A stretch of 63,249 bases of DNA, filler included, from Octopus bimaculoides (Eukaryota), in NCBI RefSeq assembly GCF_001194135.2. It is 8 parts of 7 records of this genome, joined end to end, with 100 filler letters (N's around TTAATTAATTAA, not from the genome) between each part and the next. Parts side by side here need not be neighbours in the genome. Positions count along the whole stretch, not along the records: positions 30,632 to 39,788 come from NC_068984.1; positions 39,889 to 50,104 come from NC_068986.1; positions 50,205 to 60,438 come from NC_068987.1; 5 more parts are not named here. One strand, written 5' to 3'. Shown piece after piece: positions 38,206-51,759 of the stretch. The translations under genes and the position numbers were made by a program. A model generated the notes under the pieces. It had not been told where the DNA came from, searched no databases, and was given only the letters and a program-made list of their open reading frames with translations. The number at the start of each line of letters is the position of its first letter. Position 1 is the stretch's first letter.

Positions 38206-39229
38206 TAAGTTCGATTATTTGCAGCTTAATGTCAGATCCTGATGAAACATTTATCTTAAACTAAAAAAAGCTCGAGAAACTAGACGCCTTATATTTTTAT
38301 GTTAAGAGTAAGAAGGTGGAAGATGTGACAGGTTAGAAAGTGTACGGGAAACCTAACGCAAAGATCCGCAGTTCGAATCCCTGCAGTGGCTGCTAGTTAC
38401 TGTATTTGATGTCATAAAATACACACCCCAATTTCAGCAGTGCATAGTCAGGAAAATAGATTTTAGTTCATTAAAACATATAATATAAGCTCAACTTCGC
38501 ATTTTGGACCCGGGGGATTTTTTAAAACCTTATTATAAAAAAAAAGAATATGCATCCTATATGCCATCATCCGCATGTCAATGATGAACACCATTTATTT
38601 TATCCTCGACAGACTGGTCTATCAGCTTTTACAGAAATCTAAAATCAAAATCCTTGTCCTTTATCACTATCGCACTACGAATAAAATGATTCTGTCTTAT
38701 CACTAGCCACCATCAAACAACAAACTCTGAAGCAGACAGTAACTCGGGGCTCGTGTATTAGAAACCAATAGTTTATCTATCCTATTTTTCACAACAGCAC
38801 TATCTATTTATCTATATAGATATCTGTCTGCCTGTCTGTCTTCCTTCTTTCCTTCATTTCATTGCTATATATACTCGAATACATCAGCTTATCTTTCAGT
38901 TACTGACACTACATCTATCTATAGATCTTGCTATTTGCATCATGCCATTGAACCTATTTATTTGCGCCGTTATATATCTACATGGATGAATGGTTAATGA
39001 ATGCGCTAGGCAACCATTAGATTACAGGTTCTCTTCCAGAGTATAGCATCATGGACAGGTATCTTTATCGTGATCTCAGTTCAATAAGAGTTGAGAGTAA
39101 ATTTGGCTAGACAAACACTTTAGCCTAATAGACGTCTCGTCTGAGTCTTCGGCTTTAGAATCAGACGAGACGTCCATGAGACTAAAGCCTTTGTGGATGT
39201 GAAATTCCACAATCCGTTAACTCTACCTT

Positions 39230-39788
39230 TGATCTACCAACGCGTACTTCCTTCTTTAGGAACAGCGTGCTTCCGTGAAACGACGGCCGAAACAGTTGTC
39301 ATGCTTCAAAAAGCTTACAGGGACGCTACCATAAACAAAACACATGTTTACGAGTGGTTTCCACGCTTTAGATATGGACACTCGTTGCTTGAAGACCAAC
39401 CTCCTTCAGGACGACCGTCGACCTTTCGAACGAACGAAAACATGAAATTCATGAACTGATCTTGACGAACTTGTTGATATGACTGGTGTATCCTGGAGCT
39501 TCTGCCAACGAATTTTGAGCGAGGAATTGCGAATGAAAAGAGTTGCAGCAAAATTTGTACTTCGCTTGCTCACGGAAGATCAAAAGCAGTTATGACTGAA
39601 TGCCTGTCATGAACTGAAGGAACAGTTGGAAGTTGATCCAGACCTTTTTTCGAAGGTCACCAGTGGTAATGGAAGCTGGGGTTATGGAATTTACAGCTGT
39701 GGTAAAAGTTAAGAAAAAATTGATGGAGGCGTTAAAAGGCATCACTTCGCAAAAGTTCCAAGTGTTGCAGAATTGCCTGGACCGATGC
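39230..39788 (+). mobile_element. Decayed mariner transposase fragment
   Basis: MLQKAY....KTHVYEWF.RFR.G...LED.P.SGRPST; ILSEELRMKRVAAKFV.RLLTEDQK; internal deletions. Confidence 0.85.
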
Positions 39789-40419
39789 NNNNNNNNNNNN
39801 NNNNNNNNNNNNNNNNNNNNNNNNNNNNNNNNTTAATTAATTAANNNNNNNNNNNNNNNNNNNNNNNNNNNNNNNNNNNNNNNNNNNNAAACGAGGAATT
39901 CAAGATGGAAGACATTTGTAAAGACAGAAAGGAAAATAGAAATATGGAGTTTGGAGAGAAGTTGTGAAATGTATTGGAGTGGTGTGGAACGAAGGGAGAA
40001 GGAAGAGGAATAAAAGTGAATAATTGATGAGAGAGAGAGAGGAACAGAATGGAAAAAAGGGGGGGGGGGCTTAAATGAAGAGAAAGTGAAAATTGGAAAT
40101 AAGGAAGCGAAAGAACGTCAGAACAACTTTGGACATGGAACAAAATTCTCCATGTTGTTGGAGTTTAGGGTCTTGGATGGGGAAGGAGGAAAATGGTAAA
40201 ATGTCAAGGAACTTAATTGATAACATTATATATTGAAGAAGTTGAATGAAGGAAGGAGAAGAGAGCTATTGTTGTTGTTGTTGTTGTTGTTGCTNNNNNN
40301 NNNNNNNNNNNNNNNNNNNNNNNNNNNNNNNNNNNNNNNNNNNNNNNNNNNNNNNNNNNNNNNNNNNNNNNNNNNNNNNNNNNNNNNNNNNNNNATATAT
40401 ATATATGTATATATATACA

Positions 40420-40451
<32 letters not shown>

Positions 40452-40517
40452 CATATATATATATGTATGTATATATATATTATATATTATATATATATAT
40501 GTATATACATCATATAA

Positions 40518-40597
<80 letters not shown>

Positions 40598-41905
40598 ATG
40601 TATGAATGTATGTATATACATACATATATAAGATATATGTATGTATATATATATATTATATATTATATTATTTATATATATACACATGCATATACTCATA
40701 GAAAGAGAATTTGATAGATTACGAAAACACCCCTGAAAGTATGCAGATGTGTGTGAGAGAGTCTGGATATGTGTGTTTGTGTGTGTGTGTGTGTGTGTGC
40801 GTTTGCGCCCGTGTGAAGAATTATAATGACATGGAATTAAAGATCAAATTCACAGCAACGTAACGATGTCCCTGGAGACTCCAGAGAATGGGAATGTAAC
40901 TTCCCGACATATTTAAAGGGATTCCTCTTCACATTTCTTGAATAATAAATAGAATATCAATATACCGCCACCAACACCACCGCTACCATTTTTACTATCA
41001 CCACCAACAACAACACCACCAACACCACCGCCACCACCACCACCACCACCACCACCACNNNNNNNNNNNNNNNNNNNNNNNNNNNNNNNNNNNNNNNNNN
41101 NNNNNNNNNNNNNNNNNNNNNNNNNNNNNNNNNNNNNNNNNNNNNNNNNNNNNNNNNNNNNNNNNNNNNNNNNNNNNNNNNNNNNNNNNNNNNNNNNNNN
41201 NNNNNNNNNNNNNNNNNNNNNNNNNNNNNNNNNNNNNNNNNNNNNNNNNNNNNNNNNNNNNNNNNNNNNNNNNNNNNNNNNNNNNNNNNNNNNNNNNNNN
41301 NNNNNNNNNNNNNNNNNNNNNNNNNNNNNNNNNNNNNNNNNNNNNNNNNNNNNNNNNNNNNNNNNNNNNNNNNNNNNNNNNNNNNNNNNNNNNNNNNNNN
41401 NNNNNNNNNNNNNNNNNNNNNNNNNNNNNNNNNNNNNNNNNNNNNNNNNNNNNNNNNNNNNNNNNNNNNNNNNNNNNNNNNNNNNNNNNNNNNNNNNNNN
41501 NNNNNNNNNNNNNNNNNNNNNNNNNNNNNNNNNNNNNNNNNNNNNNNNNNNNNNNNNNNNNNNNNNNNNNNNNNNNNNNNNNNNNNNNNNNNNNNNNNNN
41601 NNNNNNNNNNNNNNNNNNNNNNNNNNNNNNNNNNNNNNNNNNNNNNNNNNNNNNNNNNNNNNNNNNNNNNNNNNNNNNNNNNNNNNNNNNNNNNNNNNNN
41701 NNNNNNNNNNNNNNNNNNNNNNNNNNNNNNNNNNNNNNNNNNNNNNNNNNNNNNNNNNNNNNNNNNNNNNNNNNNNNNNNNNNNNNNNNNNNNNNNNNNN
41801 NNNNNNNNNNNNNNNNNNNNAAAACAGTCAATATTTTTCTAGTTAAAAAATTACGATTTATGACCTAAAATGTCCTCTAGAATTAACCAGAGCTAATAAT
41901 GATAA

Positions 41906-42135
41906 AGTGGAGGCATCATGATCGTAAGATTGTGGTTTCGATTCCTGGACCGAGTGACGCATTGTGTTCTTGAGCAAAACACCTCATTTCACGTAGCTCC
42001 AGTCCACTCAGCTGGCAAAAATGAGTAACGCTCCGATGGACTGGCGTCCCGTCCAGCTGGGGAACACATACGCCATTGAAACCAGGAAACCGGGCCCATG
42101 ATCCTAGCTAGGCTTTAAAAGGGCGCATTTATTTT
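41906..42135 (+). mobile_element. tRNA-derived SINE with V-SINE-like central motif
   Basis: B-box ggtttcgattcc, then gttcttgagcaaaacac and cgatggactggcgtcccgtccag. Confidence 0.65.
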
Positions 42136-43967
42136 TATTTGATAGTGACAAACATTAACTACCAAATATTGTTAAACACTCCTCTGCAAATGTGATGTCC
42201 ATTAAGAAATTCAATTAAAAAACAACGAACAACCAGCAGGGAGACAGTTTTTAGCTGATCCCCAAATGGGGCTCATGGCAGGCTCATGGGTTAAGGAGTG
42301 CAACGGTACTCCACTTGTCCTTGCTTTCTGCTAGTATAACAAATACATAAGCCAACCAAACAAATAAGGGCGAAATGGTGCTATCTACAACTACTAAAAC
42401 TACAGGAATATCCAATAAATGTATTTTATGGAAATATAGAAACACCATATTCTCTTTCACTCATGGGGAAAAAGACCGCCTAAGATAAGGAAAAAAATTA
42501 CAAACAAAAAATAAGATACAAACCCTGAAGTGGTTCTGTCCCCATAAGGAGACTATTTAGCCTTTGTCATTTCATAATAGTCTCTCTCTCTCTCTCTCTC
42601 TCTCAGCTTTAGTATCCAGTCAAGTAACCACGTGTAATTAAACAAATACTTTATTAATAAACCTTAACCAACGGCCAAAAATTGAACTGGCAGAATTGTT
42701 AGAGTGGAAGAGAAATGGTCTTGCGATATTTCTTCTGGTTCTCTGAATTATGAGTTCAAATTTCGTCCAAGCCACTTTTACTTTTCACTGTCAATAAATA
42801 AAACACTTGTTTTTCTCAGTGAATTAGCTACAGTGTGAGAGGGGTTCTAAGGAACCACTCACTACGAGGCGTTTTATTATTTTTTCCCCAAGTAGAGATG
42901 GGTACAGCAAGGACTATGCACCATTTTTCTCCAGAAAAATATCCGATCTGCTACACAAACCGTTCAAGAACGATCCAATATATATCACAGCGATGGTTCT
43001 CAGACTAACAGACACCGAGTCCTCAAATCCTTCCTTCAAATATTAGTGAAGACGAAATGGAATTTACATCAATATAATTTTCTTCGCCATGTTGTTGGGT
43101 AAAATTAAAGAATATGAAACCACCTTCATTTTAATAAAAACGGTAATTCAACCAACCCCTCCTCAACCTTTCAATGCACATAGCCCCCGCCCCTCACTAC
43201 TAGAAACACCACACAACAGCACGGAATGGAAATTAAGGATATTAACTGCCAGTACACGGCTAATTGTACATAACAACATCACAATTCGTTTAATGGTATT
43301 TCCACATCTGTGAAAGAAAAAGTCACGTTTTATTCAGCAAAAAACATAAATCAATCATTTATCGGAGTTTTTATATGACGTTTTTCTTCTCGTGGCTGTT
43401 TTTTGTGGGGTGGNNNNNNNNNNNNNNNNNNNNNNNNNNNNNNNNNNNNNNNNNNNNNNNNNNNNNNNNNNNNNNNNNNNNNNNNNNNNNNNNNNNNNNN
43501 NNNNNNNNNNNNNNNNNNNNNNNNNNNNNNNNNNNNNNNNNNNNNNNNNNNNNNNNNNNNNNNNNNNNNNNNNNNNNNNNNNNNNNNNNNNNNNNNNNNN
43601 NNNNNNNNNNNNNNNNNNNNNNNNNNNNNNNNNNNNNNNNNNNNNNNNNNNNNNNNNNNNNNNNNNNNNNNNNNNNNNNNNNNNNNNNNNNNNNNNNNNN
43701 NNNNNNNNNNNNNNNNNNNNNNNNNNNNNNNNNNNNNNNNNNNNNNNNNNNNNNNNNNNNNNNNNNNNNNNNNNNNNNNNNNNNNNNNNNNNNNNNNNNN
43801 NNNNNNNNNNNNNNNNNNNNNNNNNNNNNNNNNNNNNNNNNNNNNNNNNNNNNNNNNNNNNNNNNNNNNNNNNNNNNNNNNNNNNNNNNNNNNNNNNNNN
43901 NNNNNNNNNNATATATATATATATATATATATAAGTAGTGGAACCGGTAAAATTCTGACTACACATG

Positions 43968-44129
43968 TTTCATAACTAGCTGGAGCTCATTATGTAATTC
44001 GTAACATAACGAACTCTCCTCAGAGTAGTTAGTCTTCAGGCCTTATTTACCGTATTCCTGAAGACTAGCTTCGCTGAGGAGATTTCGTTATGTTACGAAT
44101 TACATAAAGAACGTCAGCTAATTATGAAA
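43968..44129. mobile_element. Hairpin MITE-like element with 73-bp arms
   Basis: Arms 43968-44040 and 44057-44129, about 9 mismatches, 16-nt spacer. Confidence 0.75.
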
Positions 44130-44234
44130 AAATTGCAGCCGATATGCTACGTGTTCTACTCCTTTTTATTCGTGTTGTTAGGAGCTAAACCGTGAGCTAT
44201 ACGGAAACTATCAGCTTATCGAAATCCCTCTTTA

Positions 44235-44297
44235 CATCGATATAGTATAGTGGTAAGTGTCAGGTGAGTGATCGAGGTTCGAGATTCCGTCGGGGAG
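44235..44297 (+). pseudogene. tRNA-Asp(GTC)-like pseudogene with deletion
   Basis: tagtatagtggtaagt, gtca, gatcgaggttcga and ccgtcggggag match eukaryotic tRNA-Asp; about 10 nt of the anticodon-arm 5' side are missing. Confidence 0.5.
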
Positions 44298-45075
44298 GCT
44301 CATTGAAAGTGCACTGAAAGTAACATATGATATTAATAAATAACTATTTTGGGGTCCCTGAGTTTCATGATGTTTAGCTTATTTTTTTGGCCGGCTTTGT
44401 GTCTTCGTGCTTCGCATCCTGGAGAAAACGCGACCTTTGGTCATGTGATGCTCGGTAAAGTAGTCTAAACCTCGCATGGCTCTTGGATCCAAGACATCGT
44501 TCTTATCTTTTCTCCGAGCAAGCGAGAGTGCATCAAAGTGATTTGTGTATAAATCATAAAATACCAAGAGATATTATGAGAGATGAATATATTTATTATT
44601 CACTTCACAACCATAGGATTACAGCCGTTTCGCAGCCTTCTGCATGCAGTATTGATTTATGCATTATATAATACAGGGCGGAATTGTTGGTGTGTATACA
44701 ATTGTATTGGATAATGCATATCATAATGCAAACATGTAAACATGATTTTATTCCTCACTAAAATTATTAGTACATGAAGAGGGCTGCGAAACAGCAGTAA
44801 TCCTAAGGACTTCAAAGTGGTTAAATATATATATATATATATATCTTCATTTATCATAACTCCTAACATTTTATGGTTTATATACTTCTCATGGAGTAAT
44901 TTCATTGGTCGGATCTGCTGGATTTCAGGTGCATGGACACTCTGTATTACACTTCTCTGTAGTGGATTACTTTGTGGCTTGATAGCCAAGTCCGTTAGAG
45001 GAGCTTTCTGTGAGAGCCACAAGATTCTCTGAATCCATATCTTATACTACAAATTTTTGTACAAACACATATACA

Positions 45076-45109
<34 letters not shown>

Positions 45110-45126
45110 CCTACACACACACACAA

Positions 45127-45159
<33 letters not shown>

Positions 45160-45724
45160 NNNNNNNNNNNNNNNNNNNNNNNNNNNNNNNNNNNNNNNNN
45201 NNNNNNNNNNNNNNNNNNNNNNNNNNNNNNNNNNNNNNNNNNNNNNNNNNNNNNNNNNNNNNNNNNNNNNNNNNNNNNNNNNNNNNNNNNNNNNNNNNNN
45301 NNNNNNNNNNNNNNNNNNNNNNNNNNNATATATGTATGTATGTATGTATGTATATATGGAATGCATGTATTACGCGTGCTTTGGGAGATAGAAAGGTGTG
45401 AACCGGAGGGAGGGAGGCGGGGAAGAAGAGACGAGGCTGAGAGATAAGGATGTGGTCTAAAAATAGAAGAGAGACTAATGTGAATGGATAAACAAATAGA
45501 ATGAAGACGAAAGATTTGTAGAAAGGTTTGAAAGAAAGCATTAGTGGCAGTTGTGGTATTAGAGAGGGAGAGATAGATAGATAGATAGAGATAGAGAGAG
45601 GGGGGAGGGGGAGTGGAGGAGTGAGAGTAAAATGGTGGTGTTTAGTTAATGGAAGCTTGATGTGAATGAGAACGGAGTTTTAGTTTTAGAGGAACAATAA
45701 TAATCGTTCGACTTCTTGGCACAA

Positions 45725-45895
45725 GGCCAGCAATTTTGACGGGGGTGGATTAGTTCATTACATCGAGCCGTGTATATGACTGGTATCTTATTTTATGATG
45801 GTTAAAAGGAAAGGTTTGCCTTGACGGGATTTGAACTCAGAAAGTAAAGAGAAAGAACGAATGCCTCAAAGCATATTTTCCGATGCTCTACCGAT
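45725..45895 (-). mobile_element. SINE family S3, degenerate
   Basis: gggatttgaactcagaa (reverse B-box); similar to 18571-18801. Confidence 0.65.
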
Positions 45896-46128
45896 TCTGC
45901 CATAATGACAATTGTAGTCACAAAACTAGGAACAGCTGAGAGGGCAGTCCCTTTGTCGTTACTCGACTTGCTAGATATAATAACCAAATTTCACTCGTAT
46001 CACCCTCAGTGCAAAATGCATGTCGGACATTGATGGAAATTTCTGTATGCTAGAAATAGCAGCCGTCTCTCTCTCACATCGTAGCATACAGTCTCAAAAT
46101 AAAGTTTAGCTTGAATTGTATGCCCCTA

Positions 46129-46618
46129 CCGTAAATCCTCGAGTATAGTCCGCCCTTAAGTATAATACGCAGGGGATCTTTAGGGGGCTGTACCTCTGAA
46201 AAGCCTAAACCTTGTGTATAATACGCACCTCTTCTCTAACTTGAGTCAAGGAGGTCTATATAATGTCCTTGGTTTGTAAACATGTATACGGTACCGTCCT
46301 TTATTTTTATTGTATATATAACATAATGCAAACGTGTAGCTTTTTTTGTGCACTTTGTTTGCAGAAAATAAAGAAATAACAGTAATAAAGTCAGTGAAAA
46401 ATAAATATTAAGTAAATTGCTTTTCACATATTTATCACTATCAGTTGCAATCCCAGCATCACAAAATGCGTCTGAATAAACATTGCCGGACAGCAAATAG
46501 AGACTCGGACATTGCTTAGAAAATATTTTTCATTTTTAACCTCGTATATAGTACGCACTAGGGATTTTGACCTTTAAATTTTGGGGAAAAAATGCGGATT
46601 ATACTCGAGGATTTACGG
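46129..46618. mobile_element. pogo/Tc2-like non-autonomous transposon
   Basis: TA-ccgtaaatcctcgagtata(g/a)tccgc TIRs with one mismatch; TA TSD at 46127-46128 and 46619-46620. Confidence 0.85.
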
Positions 46619-46769
46619 TATTTACACTAATTCTATGAGTCCTGAAAAAAACCCCTAAAACCAGATGGTCAAACGTGGAATGCGTTTGGCCATAGATTTA
46701 CAGCTTTACTTCTGACCCCTTCACTAAACAACATCAGCAACATTACATAAGGGACATCTACAAACATGT

Positions 46770-46985
46770 CTCTCTCTTTACCCTCTTTTACTCTTTTATT
46801 TGTTTCAGTCATTTGACTGCGGCCATACTGGAGCACCGCCTTTAGTCGAACAAATCGACCCCAGGACTTATTCTTTGTAAGCCTAGTACTTATTGTATCG
46901 CGTATCTCTTGCCGAACCGCTAAGTTACGGGGACGTAAGCACACCAGCATCGGTTGTCAAGCGATGCTGGAGGGACAGACACAGA
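46770..46985 (-). mobile_element. SINE family S2, 3' part
   Basis: ctcttttactcttttatttgtttcagtcatttgactgcggccatactggagcaccgcc. Confidence 0.85.
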
Positions 46986-49076
46986 CTCATAAACATATAC
47001 ATACATATATNNNNNNNNNNNNNNNNNNNNNNNNNNNNNNNNNNNNNNNNNNNNNNNNNNNNNNNNNNNNNNNNNNNNNNNNNNNNNNNNNNNNNNNNNN
47101 NNNNNNNNNNNNNNNNNNNNNNNNNNNNNNNNNNNNNNNNNNNNNNNNNNNNNNNNNNNNNNNNNNNNNNNNNNNNNNNNNNNNNNNNNNNNNNNNNNNN
47201 NNNNNNNNNNNNNNNNNNNNNNNNNNNNNNNNNNNNNNNNNNNNNNNNNNNNNNNNNNNNNNNNNNNNNNNNNNNNNNNNNNNNNNNNNNNNNNNNNNNN
47301 NNNNNNNNNNNNNNNNNNNNNNNNNNNNNNNNNNNNNNNNNNNNNNNNNNNNNNNNNNNNNNNNNNNNNNNNNNNNNNNNNNNNNNNNNNNNNNNNNNNN
47401 NNNNNNNNNNNNNNNNNNNNNNNNNNNNNNNNNNNNNNNNNNNNNNNNNNNNNNNNNNNNNNNNNNNNNNNNNNNNNNNNNNNNNNNNNNNNNNNNNNNN
47501 NNNNNNNNNNNNNNNNNNNNNNNNNNNNNNNNNNNNNNNNNNNNNNNNNNNNNNNNNNNNNNNNNNNNNNNNNNNNNNNNNNNNNNNNNNNNNNNNNNNN
47601 NNNNNNNNNNNNNNNNNNNNNNNNNNNNNNNNNNNNNNNNNNNNNNNNNNNNNNNNNNNNNNNNNNNNNNNNNNNNNNNNNNNNNNNNNNNNNNNNNNNN
47701 NNNNNNNNNNNNNNNNNNNNNNNNNNNNNNNNNNNNNNNNNNNNNNNNNNNNNNNNNNNNNNNNNNNNNNNNNNNNNNNNNNNNNNNNNNNNNNNNNNNN
47801 NNNNNNNNNNNNNNNNNNNNNNNNNNNNNNNNNNNNNNNNNNNNNNNNNNNNNNNNNNNNNNNNNNNNNNNNNNNNNNNNNNNNNNNNNNNNNNNNNNNN
47901 NNNNTTTCTTCTTTTCTCTCTCTCTTTCGCTATTTCTTTCTCCTTATCTTTCTTATGTTGTTTAGTTCCTATCTCACATGTGGTACTTTTCATTATGTAT
48001 TCCATTTTTAAAGTAATTCTCATTCTTGTTGTTGTTAATGCTGTTGATTTTTTTCTTGTACTGCTGTTGTTGCTGCTCCTGCTGATGATGATGATGAGGA
48101 GGAGGAGGAGGAGGAGGATGCTGTTGTGCTTGCCCTCGTTTCTTTTTTCTTACTTTTGTAAAGGAGAGAAAGAGTGTGTCTATGTATGTGTGTCTATGTA
48201 TGTGTGTGAATGTGTGTGTGTGTGAGTGTGTGTGTGAGTGTGTGCGTGAGTGTGTGTGTGTATGTGTGTGTGTGTGTAGAAGTCAGAGAGTTTGTCTGGG
48301 GGTAGATATATTGGGTTTCCTATTTCTTTCTTAACTTTAATTAGACTCAGACCAACACTGTTAATGGCAGTATAAACTATGATCTGGGCGTTCTAGCCAT
48401 GACCAACCCATCTTCCTTTTGTATATCCGGGATTACATTGTCCGATGTAACTTTTCAATTGTCGAGATTAGGTGCACGTCACACACGCACACACACTCAC
48501 ACTCACAAACACACACACGCACACACACACACACACACACATTAGAGCATTCATATATTAACAGTTTAGATCTTAATTATAATAAACATATGAAAGCATT
48601 ATTCTATGCTAATTTAGTTCATTTTGTGAAGCTCCCTTTTCAGTTTGTAATTTTTTTTTACAGGTACAGCAAAGTGCGAACCATGGCAAACAATTTAAAT
48701 GAAGAGCAAAGATGGTGGATACTGAAGTGGATTTTTTTTTCTTTTTTTTTTTTTTGGAGTTGTAAAGAACAAGGTTTATGAGAAGAATCCCAAAACAGTA
48801 AATGAATTTTAAAAGATTACATTTCTGACGCATTCACTGAAATTGATGGACATCGGAAATTGTGCTCTGAAGAGAGTGTGCTCTCAGAGTGTTCTGAAGA
48901 GGTTTGAAGAATGTTGCAATGTTGAAGGTGGACATTTTGAACATCTGGGAGATTAAACATTGTTTAAGTTGTGCATAAACAATATGATTGTAAGATAGAA
49001 ATTTAAATGTAATAAAATGTTTTAAAAGAAATTTAAAGTGCCTACGTGATAACTGTAAACCTACTTTTGGGCCAAC

Positions 49077-49142
<66 letters not shown>

Positions 49143-49144
<2 letters not shown>

Positions 49145-49250
49145 ATCCTTTACTTGTTTCAATCATTTGACTGCAGCCATGCTGGAGCACCGCCTTTAGT
49201 CGAACAAATCGACCCCAGGACTTTTCTTTGTAAGCCTGGTACTTATTCAA
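49143..49250 (-). mobile_element. SINE family S2, 3' tail
   Basis: ttgtttcaatcatttgactgcagccatgctggagcaccgcc. Confidence 0.8.
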
Positions 49251-49254
49251 TATC

Positions 49255-50100
49255 CACGAACTCAGACATCCCAAATTAAAGAAGGATTTACAACCAAAAG
49301 CCCTACCATACATCTCCACACACAACCCCCGTAACAATGAAGCCTTCGACACCATCCTTCAAAACATTCCCCTACTAAAAAAGGACCACAGAATGAACTT
49401 AATCCTGCAAACATACACTAACATAAAAAGCAAGAGATAACCCACATCTATGAGAAGTCTCCTAACACAGTCTGCGTAAAAGAATGCCTCTGCACAGATC
49501 CCAGATCAAAATTCCCCAAAACAGAAAAATAGCATTCAGCCAACACTTCTACATTTGCGCCAATTACAAAAATCCAAGCTTCAGAATTTTTCCCCTTTAC
49601 CAATTCGGGGACGATACAACGTGTAGGCAAGGAATTAGTAAAGAGACTCTCTTTATTACGAAATACAGACCCATTTTGAACGCATCTACAACAAACGACA
49701 TATCCACCACGGCCTTAGAATAACACAAACACACACGCAAATATTAAAAATGATACACTCAAGAGATACCCAAGAATTCATTTAAAAAACAATCCCAATC
49801 ACTGCTATAACCCATAACGAACCACTTTTAGGTCACTTGACCATTTAACATCCTACTACTATCATACCACCTGCATTCCTCTATCATTCTCCCTTCCCTT
49901 TCTCCTTCTTCTTCGTCTTCTTCCTCTCCGCCACTTCCTTCCTAACTTTACTACTATTGCTGTTTAGAATAACAACTACGCAAATTTTATAAACAATACA
50001 TTCAAGAATTCAATTACTTCCACCATCCACAAGTCACTTTCAGGGCACTTGACCATTTAACATCCTACTATCATGGCACTCCCGCATTCTTCTTCTTCTT
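49255..50100 (+). mobile_element. Penelope-like element C-terminus (deleted) and duplicated 3' region
   Basis: LPYISTHNPRN, LHRSQI..PQ.RKI.FSQHF, KETLFITKYRPILN; roughly 210-220-bp tandem duplication containing cacttgaccatttaacatcctacta. Confidence 0.75.
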
Positions 50101-50211
50101 CTTCNNNNNNNNNNNNNNNNNNNNNNNNNNNNNNNNNNNNNNNNNNNNTTAATTAATTAANNNNNNNNNNNNNNNNNNNNNNNNNNNNNNNNNNNNNNNN
50201 NNNNATATATA

Positions 50212-51649
50212 CCTGGTGTATCAGCAAAATTGTCCAAATTTTAGATTCAGCTTTGAACCTTTGTATTTCAGGAATGCTTAAAAATGATTTTATGGAATTT
50301 TCAAAGGTTTTTCCAACACTATTGGACTTTACTCTGAGCAAGATAAAATGTTGATTAATCTTCAAGCTTACCAGAAGAATCGTGATGAAGTTGACCATGG
50401 ACGAAAATGACACTTTCAGAAATAATTAACCATAGTTCATAGTGAGAACTAATAAAGGATTGGAATAAGGTTCGAATGGAAGCTTAAAGTTTTATTTCAA
50501 AGTGCCAGAGACAATTCTGGCCGAAATTTTATCTGTTAGGCGTCAAGAGTTGCTTCTCTTTTGGCAATAACTTCTTCGACCCTCTTCTTGACTGCACCAT
50601 GAGCTTTCTTAATGAATTCCTCATCAATGACTTTTTCCAAAGTCCTACAAATAGAGTCTTTGAGGGCTTGCAGGTTACTGTGGGGCTTCTCTCATGCTTT
50701 TCTGACCAGTTCATTCCAGATGCTGAAGTCTAAAGGGTTCAAATCAGGTGACGAAGGAGGCCAAGTGTCCTTATTGTTCCCAAACTCAACCCTGAAAAAA
50801 TTCTGCACCACTGCACTTGTGTGACAAGGAGCCCTATCTGGAACGTAAACTCGAAGTTCTTAGCAATCTCGTTGGGGTTTCCCTCGTCTCTCGCCTCAGG
50901 ATATTCAGAAACAATCCCGGTCTTTACATCTTTCAAAATCTGAACATAACAAATTCTTGTCAGTCTTCTCAAACTTGATCAATGGCATCTTGTTGCCATC
51001 ATAGGCCACACAGGCGAAAATCATCACCCTGGCAGGGTTTTTGCACCTGAAAATGATATTTTTGTCTCTCTCGTGAGGAGGTGAAGCCAGAACGCAGTTG
51101 TTGCGTCTGTTTGTGCGCGTATCTTGGGTGAAATTCTCCTTATCTGTGTAGAAGATCACTCCAGCATTATGCTTCACTTTATTCATGATGGTCTTAACGC
51201 TCTCCAACCTTCTATCCTCTTATCCAGGAGTAACAAGGAACTTCACGGATCTCACTACGATTTCATTTCCAAGTCTTCTGTCACCGTTCTTGAAACTTTC
51301 ATAGCCGAAACTTCTCTCTTATGTGCCAAACGTCTTATGGATTGAGTTGGATCTCTTCTGATGGATCTCTTCAACTCCAGATTCAAATGATGATCCCTCT
51401 TGCGGTTATGACCTCCTGATCCAGTTTTCCTTTCCACTATTTCCTCTTTCTTAAACCTATTCACAATTCTCTTTATGGTTCTTGAAAGGACTTTGAAAAT
51501 GGAAGCTAGATCAATGATTCTTACAAAAACTGGTGTCATTATGGCCAGATGTCTTTCCTGGAAAAATGGAAAATTGCAAATCGATTTGTTTATTGGTTTT
51601 AAGAAATTTTAAGAATTTGGGAGCGTGACAATTTTACTGTTACACTCGG
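50212..51649 (-). mobile_element. Near full-length maT/DD37D-like Tc1/mariner transposon, frameshifted
   Basis: 23-bp TIRs cctggtgtatcagcaaaattgtc / gacaattttactgttacactcgg with TA TSD. Remnants RKTGSGGHNRKR, FYTDKENF, VMIFACVAYDG and WPPSSPDLNPLDF. Confidence 0.88.
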
Positions 51650-51759
51650 TATATACACGATGGATTCTCTCGTCGTGAGCGACAAATGAAGGTTCAGTGA
51701 AATAAAGCGGTAATCATATTCTATAGACACTAATGTGTCTCTTGAGACCTGCTGGTGCC

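Noticed and set aside
39282-39305. GAA-acagttgt-C hammerhead-like junction
   Set aside because: It lies in mariner coding sequence (codons A-E-T-V-V-M) and has no CUGANGA upstream.
43280-43311. Possible minus-strand terminal exon (tttcacAG then xVEIPLNEL stop)
   Set aside because: Good acceptor, but only 9 codons and no partner exon.
44378-44454. Possible + strand exon (tttAG ... cg|GTAAAG) in a CpG-richer patch
   Set aside because: Weak pyrimidine tract and unrecognisable peptides; cannot be supported.
44600-44660. Minus-strand GAAACGGCTGTA half-hammerhead
   Set aside because: The CUGANGA core and stem I partner are missing; kept only as a family hint.
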